Of a stretch of 64,000 nucleotides of DNA, positions 1-12,209 are shown piece by piece. This DNA is from Centroscyllium fabricii (taxonomy: Eukaryota): positions 595,448,001 through 595,512,000 of the forward strand of contig JBNRSN020000001.1 in NCBI GenBank assembly GCA_051313645.2, given 5' to 3'. Within the stretch, counting starts at the first letter, position 1; each line of letters starts with the position of its first letter. The translations under genes were made by a program, and so were the position numbers. Below the pieces are notes generated by a model that did no database searches, was not told where the DNA came from, and saw only the letters and a list, made by a program, of their open reading frames with translations.

Positions 1-1358
1 GCTTTCAAGCCAGAGCAACCCAGTCCTGTTTGGGCTTCCATTTACTGGCTGGTTTGTCCTGTTTGAATTTTGTAGGTCTGGAGTTTTGGAAAGGGCTGCT
101 CGTTGCGCTGTTGCCCCATTGGCATATAAATGCCACGATCTGTTTGTGTTATCAGCTGGAGACTTCTAGACTAATGGGAAGGTGGGCTTAAACTTTGCAC
201 TTGGCCCCCGCAGACGCTGGTACGCACTTATGCGACCCAAGGCAACAGAAGATTTAGGCACTCTGGTGCTTGCCGTATCATATCTCCCCACTCTTCCCCG
301 CCACAAGGCTACATGTGCCTTGGCATCATTGTATGTGGCAAGATCAGTAGCATTACAGGGCTCAGGTAGGAGAGGTCAGCAGAGCCGACGGTCCATTGTT
401 TGTGGTCATCGCCCCAGTTGCACCTCACCGAGTTACTGTCACTCCATTCCAGGATCAATACTTTAGAATGACCAGTGTGCTATACATGGTTTCCTCTTAC
501 TCAGCAGCTTACATCATAGAAAATCATTGAACCATTCAGCCCATCGTGCCTGTGCTGTCTCTTTGGTAGAGCTATCCAATTAATTCCACTGCCCAGCTCT
601 TTCCCCGTGGCCCTGTAAATGCTTTCCCCACAATTATTTATCCAATTCCATTTTGAATGTTACTATTGAATCTCCTTCCACCAAGTACATGTTGGATCTT
701 CTGTGTGTTCTGTGGATTTTTATTTTCAGATTTGCGGAAAAGGGTCAGCCAAACACAAATCCTGATCATAAATATCAAAAAAACAGGAAACCTAATCTTG
801 AAATTGAAGTTAGCTTCTAATTTCCACAGTGAGTGTGGTGCAGTGTGATCACCAATAGGGTTATTGAAAACTATGCATTTGAATAAAAACGCTATTCTTA
901 ACTGAACATGTTTCTGTGTGAGCAAAGTGGAGAAAGGAGGATTCCTTGCTCAGCTGCTAGTCGACTCTGAATTCAACACTGCTTACTTCAAATAATCAGA
1001 TAACTCCCTGGTTACCACTAGATTCTCACTCACATTGCTCTGTTGTTTATGTCACTTAATTCAAATTACTGAATAATTCCATTTTTTAGGCATAAAATCT
1101 AAATTTGAATCATCAGTAAATTGTAGGTGTGTGTAGCTGAGCTCCGGTTCAGACACCACGTCCTTTCCATCACAAAGCCCACCTACTTCCACAGCTGGAT
1201 CTCTCTCTGGGCTGGACTACTCCAACACAAGATGTCTTCCCTTCCTCCACCCTCCATAAACTGAAACTTGTTCAACACACGGCTGTACATCTCCTGCCTT
1301 GCATTAAGTATGCTCATCCATCACCCGTCTTCTCTGCCTTAAATTGACTCCCCAATCC

Positions 1359-2597
1359 CAGGGTGCTACAAAAAAAATGTTTTCACTTGCCCAGTCGGGC
1401 AAGTGGATTTCTAAAACACTTGCCTGAACACAAATTTCACTTGCCTGAAATTTTTAAAGAAATAAATAAAGATTTTACATTTTTATTAAAATGCTTCAAT
1501 ATAAAGCCATAGATTGTGATTGTGCCTTTAGTTGCATTGGCCCAGTTTCTGCCCCTCTTTGCCAGGGTCTCTCTCTCTACTCTGAACATTCTTCCCTCAT
1601 TTACCAAACTTTCTGTGAAGCCTCCACAGGCCGCGGGCTCCCTCACTCTCTCTCCCTGGCTACCTTCGTCCAGCAGCCGCTCCGGTTTTTTCTCTCCCCC
1701 TCAGCGGGTCGACGGCACTGACCCACTCTTGCCGTGCGTCACCAGCCCGCTCCACCTAACCCGACTGCTGCCCCGTCCCCTGATTGACACGCCGTCTCCT
1801 CCAATCCTCGCCACACTGCCCAGCCCTCGCGGCCAATCCGCATCCGCCTCCAGGGCGGGATCCACCCACCCATTCCCGTGGCCTCGATCATCGAGCGGGC
1901 AGGCGGTTTTGTCGCGCCCTGGACTGTACCAGGATTTGGTCTCTGGGTGTCAGTGTCCCTGGATTCGGTCTCTGGGTGTCAGTGTCCCTGAGAGAAAGCT
2001 CGCTGTCACCTCATCCCAGTCCCTTCACTCACCATTTGTTCATCTTTTTCTCAGTTTTTCCTTTTTTGCAGCCTTTTTGGTTTCTCCTTTTAATGAGGTG
2101 GTGGTTTGGGGCGGGGGGGGGGGAACGAATGCGGGGCTTCTATATTTTTCTATCGACTCTATATTTCTCTCCATCGATGCTGCCTGGCCTGCTGAGTTTT
2201 TCCAGCATTTTCTGTTGTTATTTCGGATTTCCACCATCTGCAGTATTTTGCTGTCGCCCTCACTTTCCTGCTCGGTTTGAGTTGCGGCAGGCAGCCGGCC
2301 AGAGCGAGCTATGATTGGCCGAGCACGGGTAGGGGGCGGGGCGCTTCAAAGCCACCGGAGCGCGAGAAAACTGCTGGGCTGTGATTGGCCAAGCTCTGGC
2401 CAAGCTCGGGCGGGGCAGAGTTCAAAACCCATCGGCCGAAGCGCGCCCGGCCCCCCACACCCGCCTCCAGGGCAGGATCCAACCACCCGTTCCCATGGCC
2501 TCGATCATGATTGCACAGTCAGGCAAGTCTGATTTTCATTTACTTGCCCTGCGGCGCATTTTGCTTGCAAGCGGGCAAGCGATTTTGTCGCGCCCTG
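1359..2597. mobile_element. Non-autonomous TIR DNA transposon (hAT-like), composite, inserted in an L2 fragment
   Basis: Left end CAGGGTGCTACAAAA and right end TTTTGTCGCGCCCTG, with a second right end at 1907-1921. Flanks ccaatcc/ccattcc look like an imperfect TSD. Subterminal CACTTGCC repeats are present. Confidence 0.6.
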
Positions 2598-3000
2598 CCA
2601 TTCCCAACACATGCAATTTAAAGTAGTCGCCCTTGCTCTTAAACCCTTCCAGGGCTTTATTCCACCCTATCTCTGCAATCTTTGCCAGTCCTACAAACCC
2701 TTTCTTACCCACTGAAAATTCCATTCCTCTGACTCCAGCCTCTTAACCCTCCCTCCTACCATTGGTGACCATTCCTTCAACCACCTGGGTTCCATTCTCT
2801 GGAATTCCCTTCCTAAACCTTCTGCCTCTGCCTTTAAAAACCTTTTCAAAATCCATGTCTTTTACCAACCTTTTGGTCAGCCCTCCTAACCTCTCGCTTT
2901 CTGATTCAGGTGGCACCCGCTTTCCTGACACCCATCTGTGAAGCGCCTTAGGACGCTGTTTACATTGAAGGTGCGAGATAAATGCAAGCTGTTGTTGTTG
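2598..3000 (+). mobile_element. L2-type LINE 3' end (5' part probably at about 1180-1358)
   Basis: Ends ctgtgaagcgccttaggacg...ataaatgcaagctgttgttgttg, typical of an L2-clade tail. Confidence 0.6.
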
Positions 3001-4305
3001 TATGGCATCCCAAAGTATTGAGCTGTGATAATTCCACAGTAAAAGTGCATTACAAGTGCGAATTGTAAGTAGTGAATTTGATAATATAGCAGACAAAAAT
3101 TCAATGTTTGAGGCTCAAGCTTCAGAAATGCACTTGGAGGACATTTTAAACCCTCTGCTTTGCAACACGTCTAACTGCCAGTCCTCAGCAGGGAACACCC
3201 AACTCTTTGAAAAATAGCCCTTCAATAGAAATAAGTCAGAAAACAAATAGATCATTACAGTGTTTCCTTCAATAAGAAATGGTTTAACTGGTCACTGTAA
3301 ACCATAACTTGCTCCCAATAGTAACCACACACAAAGCACTCTCCTGGATCCATCTGCAGTGCATACTATCTCAGCTAATAAGAGGATCCATCGCATCACC
3401 ATGTCAATCCTTACAGTCCCAAGTCTCCATTGGCAATAGAGCCAACCATCTGAACCAGTCAGAGGCTACATTTCTGAAACGTGTATTCCATTTCCAGAAT
3501 GGACAGTAGAGAACCCAAAAGTGGAGGAAAAGTGATAAAAGTATTTCAACATTTTAAAAGATGAAATGAAAAAGTTGAAAGAGAGCACAGTATTTAGGAA
3601 GAAGTAAATTTAAGATAGATTGGTACAAAAGGGTAACTTTACAAATGTTGGGTCTGCCTAAGGGCTCCGAGTGTCTCATGTTCAAGAGTGCGCTTGTATT
3701 GCCCAATACCCAATAATATACACTAGTGTAGCCCAGGGGTAGAACAGTACAACCCTTGTGATCGGAGCTGGATATCGTGCCTTTCACATGAGTCATCATG
3801 CGCACTTCTCTGAATTTTCAGCATGGGGACTGATAATTTAGCGAGATGGGCCAGATACAAATCGTTAAGCAGCTTTATTTCACAGACAGGAATTGCTGGT
3901 ACAAGATTTGGTTTGACAGATGCAGCAAGAACCCATCGACCCACTCTTTCCCATCTTCTCCTGCCCCGCAGTCATGCATTGCCATGAAAAGGCAAAACAA
4001 AAAAAAGAAAATCCTTTGGCCAATTTAGGAAAAAGCTCAGGGAAATGCCCCTCTGACCGCTGGAGACAATCAAATTAATGAATCCCAGCAGTCCCAACCC
4101 TATTCTGCTTCCATTAATTATTACCCTGACACTTTAGTTTGATCACTGATCTATCACAGCTCCCTCTATCACATGTTGGATTATCTGTTCCCTGTAAATT
4201 ACAAACTGCGTTCTGAAAACAATTTCTGCTGCCATTTTTCCCTTCTAACAGCAATTAACATCCAAATTTAGACAAAATTTAAAAATTACTTTTTTTTTTT
4301 ACATA

Positions 4306-4997
4306 TCATAGAATCATAGAAGATAGGAGCAGGAGTAGGCCATTCAGCCCTTCGAGCCTGCTCCGCCATTCAATGAGATCATGGCTGATCTTTAGCAAGC
4401 TAGTACCCCGTCCCCGCCTTTTCTCCGTAACCTTTAATCCCTTTAGCTTGAAGAAATATATCCAATTCCCTCTTGAATATGTTTAATGAACTGGCCTCCA
4501 CCGCCCTCTGTGGCAAGGAATTCCACAGGCCCACCACTCTGAGTGAAGAAATTCTTCCTCATGTCTGTCCTAAATGGTTTACCCCTTATTCTTAGACCGT
4601 GGCCCCTGGTTCTAGACTCCCCCGCCATTGGAAACATTCTCTCTGAATCTAACCTGTCCAGACCTTTCAGAATTTTATACGTCTCAATGAGATCGCCTCT
4701 CAATCTTCTAAACTCCAACGAGTACAAGCCCAGACTACATAATCTCTCCTCGTAGGTCATTCCTGCCATTCCAGGAATCAGCCTGGTGAAACGCCGCTGC
4801 ACTCCCTCCATGGCAAGAACATCCTTCCTCAGGCGAGGCGACCAGAACTGTACACAATACTCGAGGTGTGGTCTCACCAGTGCCTTGTACAGCTGTAGTA
4901 AGGTATCCTTATTCCAATACTCGAACCCTCTTGATATGAAGGCCAACACACCATTTGCCTTCCTAACCGCCTGCTGCACCTGCATGCTCGCCTTCAC
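4306..4997 (-). mobile_element. CR1 LINE 3' fragment (young subfamily)
   Basis: ORF2 C-terminus [19 protein letters not shown], 3' hairpin and (ttctatga)n-type tail. Confidence 0.92.
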
Positions 4998-5910
4998 GAT
5001 TGGATGTATCCATTGAATTGTTTTTCCAAGTCGTTTATTATCTTAAGTAAAGCTTTTACTTCGTAGGCCTTAGCCTCCCACTAAAGCCAGGGTTAGTCCA
5101 GAGCTCTCTGACTGGTCATTAAATGCAGATTGTGCAGTCTGAGCATGTGCAGTTTGTCCAATTTCCCAGGCTGCTTTACACCATTTAGTCAGCTGAACAG
5201 TTGAATATTTTTCAGCAACTTCTAGCAGTTTTTGCTCAGTTGTTTTTCCAAAATTATTGGAAGAGAAGCCAGAGTTTGGGAGAGGGGAGAAGAGAAGGGT
5301 GTGAGACAGAAAAGGACGAGGAAAGACAGAGAGAGATACTGCAACACAAAGGGGTTAGGATTAAGGAGGAAGAGAAAGTTTAACAGAGAAACATAGAAGA
5401 TAGGAGCAGGAGTAGGCCATTCGGCCCTTCGAGCCTGCTCCGCCATTCAATTAGATTGTGACTGATCTTTCAGATTCAGTACCCTGTCCCTGCCTTCTCC
5501 CATATCGCTTGATCCCTTCAGCCTGAAGAAATATATCCAACTCCTTCTTGAATATATTTAATGAACCGGCTGATGCCTAATCAATAACTTCGGAGACTAG
5601 AAGTTGAGGAGTGAACTAAAGGCTTTTATTCACTAAGACATGAGCATGCCCATGCTAGTCGACTGATCCCAGAATGATTGGGGGAGGGAGACAGTCGCCT
5701 TTATACCTGGGTTCGAGGAGGAGGAGCCACAGGCAGGGTCAGCACGGGCATGCCCGGACAAGCTATACATGAAAGACTATGTACAAACAGTGCAGGTCAC
5801 ACACACAATGCATACAGATACAAACATGTATATATATATATATACACAGTGGTTTACCACATTCACCCCTTGTTTAAAATAAAGTCCGGCGGGGTAATGT
5901 TGGGCAACCA

Positions 5911-8767
5911 TCAAAGGTTCAGTCTCTCGGGCGGTTTGGTCTGCCTTGTAGAGCGGCGTACAGTTGGCGGTGGAGTCGTCGGCGGCGGAGGTGCTTGCTC
6001 CGACGCGGGGCCCCTTACGGTTACGGTCACTGGCGCGCTCTCCCACTCGTCGTCCGGCCGGCGGGTGCGTAGGTTTGGGGGCCATACCGTGCTGCCTGCA
6101 GGTGCTGGATGGGCGTACCGTGGTGCTGGTACCTCGAGGGGTATGATGTACCGTGGCGCTGGTGCCCCGAGGGTGGCGGTGGGGGGGTGGGGTGCGGGCT
6201 GGTGGGTCGTGGTGGTCTCGGGGGCACCCGAGGGTGCCAGGTCCTTGATGGACACCGTGTCCTCCCGCCCGTCAGGGTACGCCACGTAGGCGTACTGGGG
6301 GTTGGCGTGGAGGAGATGGACCCGTTCGACCAGGGGGTCCAACTTATGGCCCCACATGTGCTTCCGGAGCAGGACGGGTCCTGGGGACGATAGCCAAGAC
6401 GGCAGCGAGGTCCCTGAAGCCGACTTCCTGGGGAAGGCAAAAAGTCGCTCGTGAGGCCGTACAAAGGAGTGACCTAATGGAGTGGAGCACTTCGGGGAGG
6501 ACGTCCTGCCAGCGGGAGACTGGGAGGCACTTAGACCGCAGGGCTAATAGGGTGGCCTTCCAGACGGTGGCGTTCTCCCTCTCCACCTGTCCGTTCCCCC
6601 GGGGGTTATAGCTGGTAGTCCTGCTCGTGGCGATGCCCTTGGTGAGCAGAAACTGACGCAGCTCGTCACTCATAAAAGAGGCGCCCCGGTCGCTATGGAT
6701 GTAGCTGGGGTACCCGAACAGGGAAAAGATGCTGTGCAGTGCCCTAATGACCGTGGAGGATGTCATGTCTGGGCAGGGGATGGCGAAGGGGAAACGTGAG
6801 TACTCGTCAATGACATGGAGGAAGTACACGTTGCGGTTAGAGGAGGGGAGGGGCCTTTTAAAGTCGACGTTGAGTCGCTCAAAGGGGCGGGTGGCCTTGA
6901 TCAGGTGTGCCCGGTCCGGCCGAAAGAAGTGCGGCTTGCACTCTGCACAGACCCGGCAGTTCTTGGTCATGGTCCTGACCTCCTCGATGGAGTAAGGGAG
7001 GTTGCGGGACTTAATAAAATGGACGAACCTGGTGACCCCCGGGTGGCAGAGGTCGTTGTGCAGGGTCTGGAGACGGTCTACTTGTGCGCTGACACATGTA
7101 CCGTGGGACAGGGCATCTGGGGGCTCATTGAATTTCCCGGGCTGGTACAAGATATCGTAATTGAAAGCGGAGAGTTCGATTCTCCACCTCAATATCTTGT
7201 CGTTCTTGATTTTGCCCCGCTCTTTGTTGTTGAACATAAAAGCGACTGAGCGTTGGTCAGTCAGCAGGGTAAATCGTTTTCCGGCCAGGTAGTGCTTCCA
7301 GTGTCGCACTGCTTCAACAATGGCCTGGGCCTCCTTCTCAACGGAAGAGTGTCGGGTCTCGGGGCCCTGGAGGGTGCGCGAGAAGGCGGCCACGGGTCTG
7401 CCCGCCTGGTTAAGGGTGGCGGCCAGGGCGAAGTCGGACGCATCGCTCTCCACCTGGAACGGGATGGATTCGTCCACTGCGTGCATTGCGGCCTTTGCGA
7501 TGTCCTGTTTTATGCCGCTGAAGGCCATGCGGGCCTCTGCCGACAGGGGAAAAGAGGTCGATTTGATGAGTGGGCGAGCCTTGTCCGCGTAGTTTGGGAC
7601 CCACTGGGCATAATAGGAGAAGAAGCCCAGGCACCTTTTCAGGGCCTTGAGGCAGTGGGGGAAGGGGAGCTCCAGGAGGGGGCGCATGCGGTCCGGGTCG
7701 GGACCGATGACCCCATTCTCCACAACACAGCCGAGGATGGCGAGGCGGGTTGTCCTGAACACACATTTGTCCGTGTTATAGGTCAGGTTCAGGGTTTTGG
7801 CGGTGTGGAGAAATTTCTGGAGGTTGGTGTCGTGGTCCTGCTGATCGTGGCCACAGATGGTGACATTATCCAGATACAGGAAAGTGGCCCGCAGTCCGTA
7901 CTGATCCACCATTCGATCCATCTCCCATTGGAAGACCGAGACCCCGTTAGTGACACCAAATGGAACCCTAAGAAAGTGATAGAGGCGGCCGTCTGCCTCG
8001 AAGGCAGTATAGTGGCGGTCCTCTGGGCGAATGGGGAGCTGGTGATACGCAGATTTTAAATCGATGGTCGAGAAGACCCGATACTGCGCGATCTGGTTCA
8101 CCATGTCCGCTATGCGGGGGAGGGGATACACGTCCAGTTGCGTAAACCGATTAATGGTCTGACTGTAGTCAATGACCATTCGGTGCTTGGCTCCGGTATT
8201 TACAACCACTACCTGGGCCCTCCAGGGGCTATTACTAGCCTCGATGACCCCTTCCCTCAGGAGCCGTTTCACCTCCGACTTGATAAAGTCTCTGTCCCCA
8301 GTACTGTAGCGCCTTCTCTTGGTGGCGACGGGCTTGCAGTCCGGGGTGAGGTTGGCGAAGAGTGAGGGAGGGGCGATCTTAAGGGTCGAGAGGCCACAGG
8401 TAGCGCGCTGTGGGCATTGTACGGAGCGCTGATTGCTGACCGTGAGCGGGGGAAGGGGCCCACCGTACGCCATTCTCACGCTCTGGAGATGGCATTGGAA
8501 ATCAAGGCCCAGCAGTAGGGGAGCGCAGAGCTGCGGCAGCACGAATAGCTTAAAATTTTGGAAGTGTACACCCCGCACTGTCAGCGTCACTACGCAGCGA
8601 CCGCAGACGTCCGCTGATTCGGACCTCGAAGCCATAGAGATTTTTTGGCTTGCCGGTGTTACTCTTGGGGAGAAGCACTTTACCGTATCCGGGTGTACAA
8701 AGCTCGCCGTACTCCCGCTGTCGAAAAGGCAGTCCGTAGTTTGGCCATTCACCTGCACCGACATCAT
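5911..8767 (-). pseudogene. pol of Gypsy A (protease, RT, RNase H, integrase), one frameshift near 6450
   Basis: LFDSGS protease; IDLKSAYHQ and YLDN RT; ESDAS RNase H; HNDLCH...CRVC; DFK, SDRG and GQVER integrase. Confidence 0.92.
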
Positions 8768-8869
8768 TGACTTACTAAGCGGTTGACTCTTGTCTTGGTC
8801 GAGGGTGATTGAGGCCAGGATCAGGTCTGTCGGGTCGGTGGAGGGGTCTGGGGCTTGGTCCCAAGATGG

Positions 8870-9814
8870 CTACCCCCGCTGCCCCCACGCGGCGGGCTGT
8901 GTGGAAGATGGCTGTGTCCAAGATGGCGCGGCTGGCTGTGTCCAAGATGGCGCGGGCGGCCACGCGGCAGGCTGTGTGCAAGATGACGCTGCCAGCTGTG
9001 TCCAAGATCGCGGCCCCCACGGGCCACACGCGGCGCTGCCGGGTTTGGGGGTCGATTGCGCTGCCGCTCTGCATACCTTGGCGTAGTATCCCTTCTTCCC
9101 GCACTTTGAACAGGTCGCGTCCCTTGCTGGGCAATTCCGTCTGGGGTGCTGGGCCTGGCCGCAGAAATAACATTTCGGGCCTTTCGAGGTTGTCGCCGCG
9201 GTCAGCTCGTCCACGGGTCACGATGCGGCCGGCTGTGTCCAAGATGGCGGTGTCCGCGATGTGCCCGCGTGGTCAGAGTTGTTGGCGGCCATATTGTGGG
9301 ACGCCAGGTCCAGTGAGTTCGCAAGCTCTACCGTCGCCTGCCGGTCCAGGCCATCCTTCTCCAACAGTCTCTGCCTGATATAGTCTGACCTGAGGCCGGC
9401 GACGTAGGCGTCCCTGATGAGATTTTCAGCGTGCACAACGGCCGTCTGTGCTCTACAATTGCAGGCCCGGCAGAGGACTCTCAGCGCTCGCAGGAACTCC
9501 ACGCTCGATTCCCCGGGTTGCTGCTTTCGGGTGGCCAGAAGGTGTCTGGCGTAGACCACGTTAGATGCCCGGGTGTATTCGCCCTTCAAGATTCTGACCG
9601 CCTCGGTGCAGGACGTAGCGTCCGCGATGATCGAGTACACCTGAGGGCCCACCCGGGCGTTGAGGAGGCGCAGTTTGTCCCTGTCCACCTGGACGATCGC
9701 GGCGGAGGCTTCGAGGTACGCCTCAAAGCAGGAGAACCAGTGCGTAAATGTGTTAGCGGCACCTGGCGCTTGGGGATCTAGTTCTAACGTCGCAGGTTTC
9801 AGCATTTGCTCCAT
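8870..9814 (-). pseudogene. gag of Gypsy A (frameshifted near 9215), two zinc knuckles
   Basis: ORFs 9218..9814 and 8870..9214; CYFCGQAQHPRRNC and CSKCGKKGYYAKVC. Confidence 0.85.
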
Positions 9815-10086
9815 GATGCAAACTTAGTGAATAAAATTGATGCCTAATCAATAACTTAGGAGACTAGAAGTTGAGGAGTGAACTAAAGGCTTTTATTCAC
9901 TAAGACATGAGCATGCCCATGCTAGTCGACTGATCCCAGAATGATTGGGGGAGGGAGACAGTCGCCTTTATACCTGGGTCCGAGGAGGAGGAGCCACAGG
10001 TGGGGTCAGCACGGGCATGCCCGGACAAGCTATACATGAAAGACTATGTACAAACAGTGGAGGTCACACACACAATGCATACAGAT

Positions 10087-10127
<41 letters not shown>

Positions 10128-11710
10128 GTGGTTTACCACACCGCCCTCTGTGGCAGAGAATTCCACAGGTTCACCACTCTCTGGGTGAAGAAATTCCCCC
10201 TCATCTCAGTCCTAAATGGTTTTCCCCTTATCCTTAGACTATGGCTCCTGGTTCTGGACTCCCTGACCATCGGAAACATCCTTCCTGTAGCCAGTCTGTC
10301 CAGGCCTGAGAGAATTTTATAGGTTTCGATGAGATCCCCTCTAAATCGTCTGAACTCCAGCGAGTATAAGCCCAATAGAATCAATCTCTCCCCATACGTC
10401 ATTCCTGTCATCCCAGGTATCAGCCTGGTGAATCTTCGCTGCACTCCTTCAATGGCAAGAACGTCCTTCTTCAGATGAGGCGACCAAAACTGCACACAAT
10501 ACTCGAGGTGTGGTCTTCACTAAGGTCCTGTAGAGCTGCAGCAAGACATCCTTGTTCTTATATTCGAACCCTCTTGCTACGAAGGCCAACATAACATTTG
10601 CCTTCTTAACCACCTGTTGCATCTGCATGCTTACCTTCAGTGACTGGTGCACAAGAACACCCAGGTCTCTTTGCACTTCCCCATCTCCCAATCTATTGCC
10701 ATTCAAATAATAATCTGCCCTCCTGTTTTTGCCACCAAAGTGGATAACCTCACATTTTTCCACATTATAGTGCATTTGCCATGTATCTGCCCAATCCCCC
10801 AATCTGTCCAAATCGCATTGGAGTTTCTTGACATCCTCCTCACAGCATACCCTCCCACCCAGCTTTGTGTCATCTGCAAATTTGGAGATATTACATCCAA
10901 TTCCCTCGTCCAGATCATTAATATATATTGTGGACAGCTGGGGTCCTAGGACCGATCCTTGCGGTACCCCACTAGTCACTGCCTGCCACTCGGAAAACGA
11001 CCCGTTTATTCCAACTCTCTGTTTTCTATCTGCCAACCAGTTCTCTATCCAAGTCAATACCTTGCCCCCAATCCCATGAGCCTTAATTTTGCATGCTAAT
11101 CTTTTATGAGGGACCTTATCGAAAGCTTTCTGAAAGTCCAAATACACAACGTCCACTGGTTCTCCCCTATCTATTTTACCAGTCACATCCTCAAAAACTT
11201 TCAGTAGATTAGTCAAGCACGATTTGCCTTTTGTAAATCCATGTTGACTCTGTCCGATCCCGTCACTGTTTTTCAAGTGTACTGCTATTACATCTTTAAT
11301 AATGGACTTTTCCCCACTACCGATGTCAGGCTTACTGGTCTATAATTGCCTGCTTTTTCTCTACCCCCTTTTTTAAATAGTGGCCTTTCTACTCCCACCA
11401 TCTACATACAGCTCAAAAGTCTTTGGAAAAGTCATTACCCAACCCTTTGGTGAACTGTTGTACTGACAGATGTTGTTCCATCTCTGAAATAATGAAATTA
11501 GTGTTTGCAAGAGCTAGCGGAGAGAGTTCATTCCAACAGCAGTTAAGGCCACAGGGAACAAGAGGTGAGGGTACGAAGAGCAACAGGCAATGTAGTGACT
11601 GCAATCAGTATCTGCTATCATTTAATCCATTGAATACAAACTGCCCCTTCCAATGAAGTGTATTTCTATCACAACATTTGTTGAGACAATTCTAAGCTAG
11701 AAGCAAAGCA

Positions 11711-11993
11711 CAGGTTGAGCACCGGTAATCCGGCACCCTCGGGACCAGGCTGGTGCCGGACCACTGAAGGTTCGGGTGGAACGCGCGGGTAGAACACTCC
11801 CTGGGAGGGACCCCGAGGATAGAACACTTACAAGTCTTAAAAAACAGAAACCCAAACACCCAACGTCTTCGGCGCTCACCCACCCTTCGCGGGAAACGGT
11901 GGCACCGCCGAGCGGCTGCTCCGCAAACTGAAGACCGCCGGTTTCAATTCGTGCCGGACCACTGAAGGTGCCGGACCATCGGTGCTCAACCTG
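11711..11993. mobile_element. Tc1/mariner-pogo type MITE
   Basis: TIR CAGGTTGAGCACCG ... CGGTGCTCAACCTG; TA on the right flank, CA on the left. Confidence 0.8.
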
Positions 11994-12209
11994 TAATGAT
12001 CTAAACCAAGGAACATTCCTAGATTAACAAGTTAAATTATTGCAAACTGTCTCTATGTTTTATGTTTACACTGAATCTTACTTTAACATTCAGAGGGTTA
12101 CAAGAGAAAAGAGCACCAAGCCTGTCACAGAACTAGGGTCCAAACTTATCGCACAAGGGCAAATCATACTAAAATTAATGGTAGTAATGAAAATATTTAG
12201 TGGTCTTAC

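Larger units (their letters stand above)
5571..10140 (-). mobile_element. Gypsy LTR retrotransposon A, full length (about 4.57 kb); 5' LTR 9838-10140, 3' LTR 5571-5861
   Basis: Near-identical TG...CA LTRs (about 5 substitutions plus a (TA)n length change). PPT aaacaaggggtgaa abuts the 3' LTR. Gag with CCHC, then PR-RT-RH-IN order. Confidence 0.96.
5386..11382 (-). mobile_element. CR1 LINE fragment (RT to 3' tail), split by Gypsy element A into 5386-5570 and 10141-11382
   Basis: RT motifs [27 protein letters not shown] and KFADD. The sequence is collinear across the LTR element. Confidence 0.88.

Noticed and set aside
1-466. Possible further SIPA1L2 (PDZ) exon or 94-aa ORF
   Set aside because: No PDZ motif (LGFHV) or other recognisable SIPA1L2 peptide was found on the minus strand; neighbouring exons appear to lie outside the window.
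1516-2314. 254-aa and 176-aa ORFs
   Set aside because: They run across repeat junctions in GC-rich transposon sequence and show no recognisable domain.
6729-8786. Long antisense ORFs over Gypsy pol (and over CR1 RT elsewhere)
   Set aside because: Expected shadow ORFs of GC-rich or codon-biased coding sequence.
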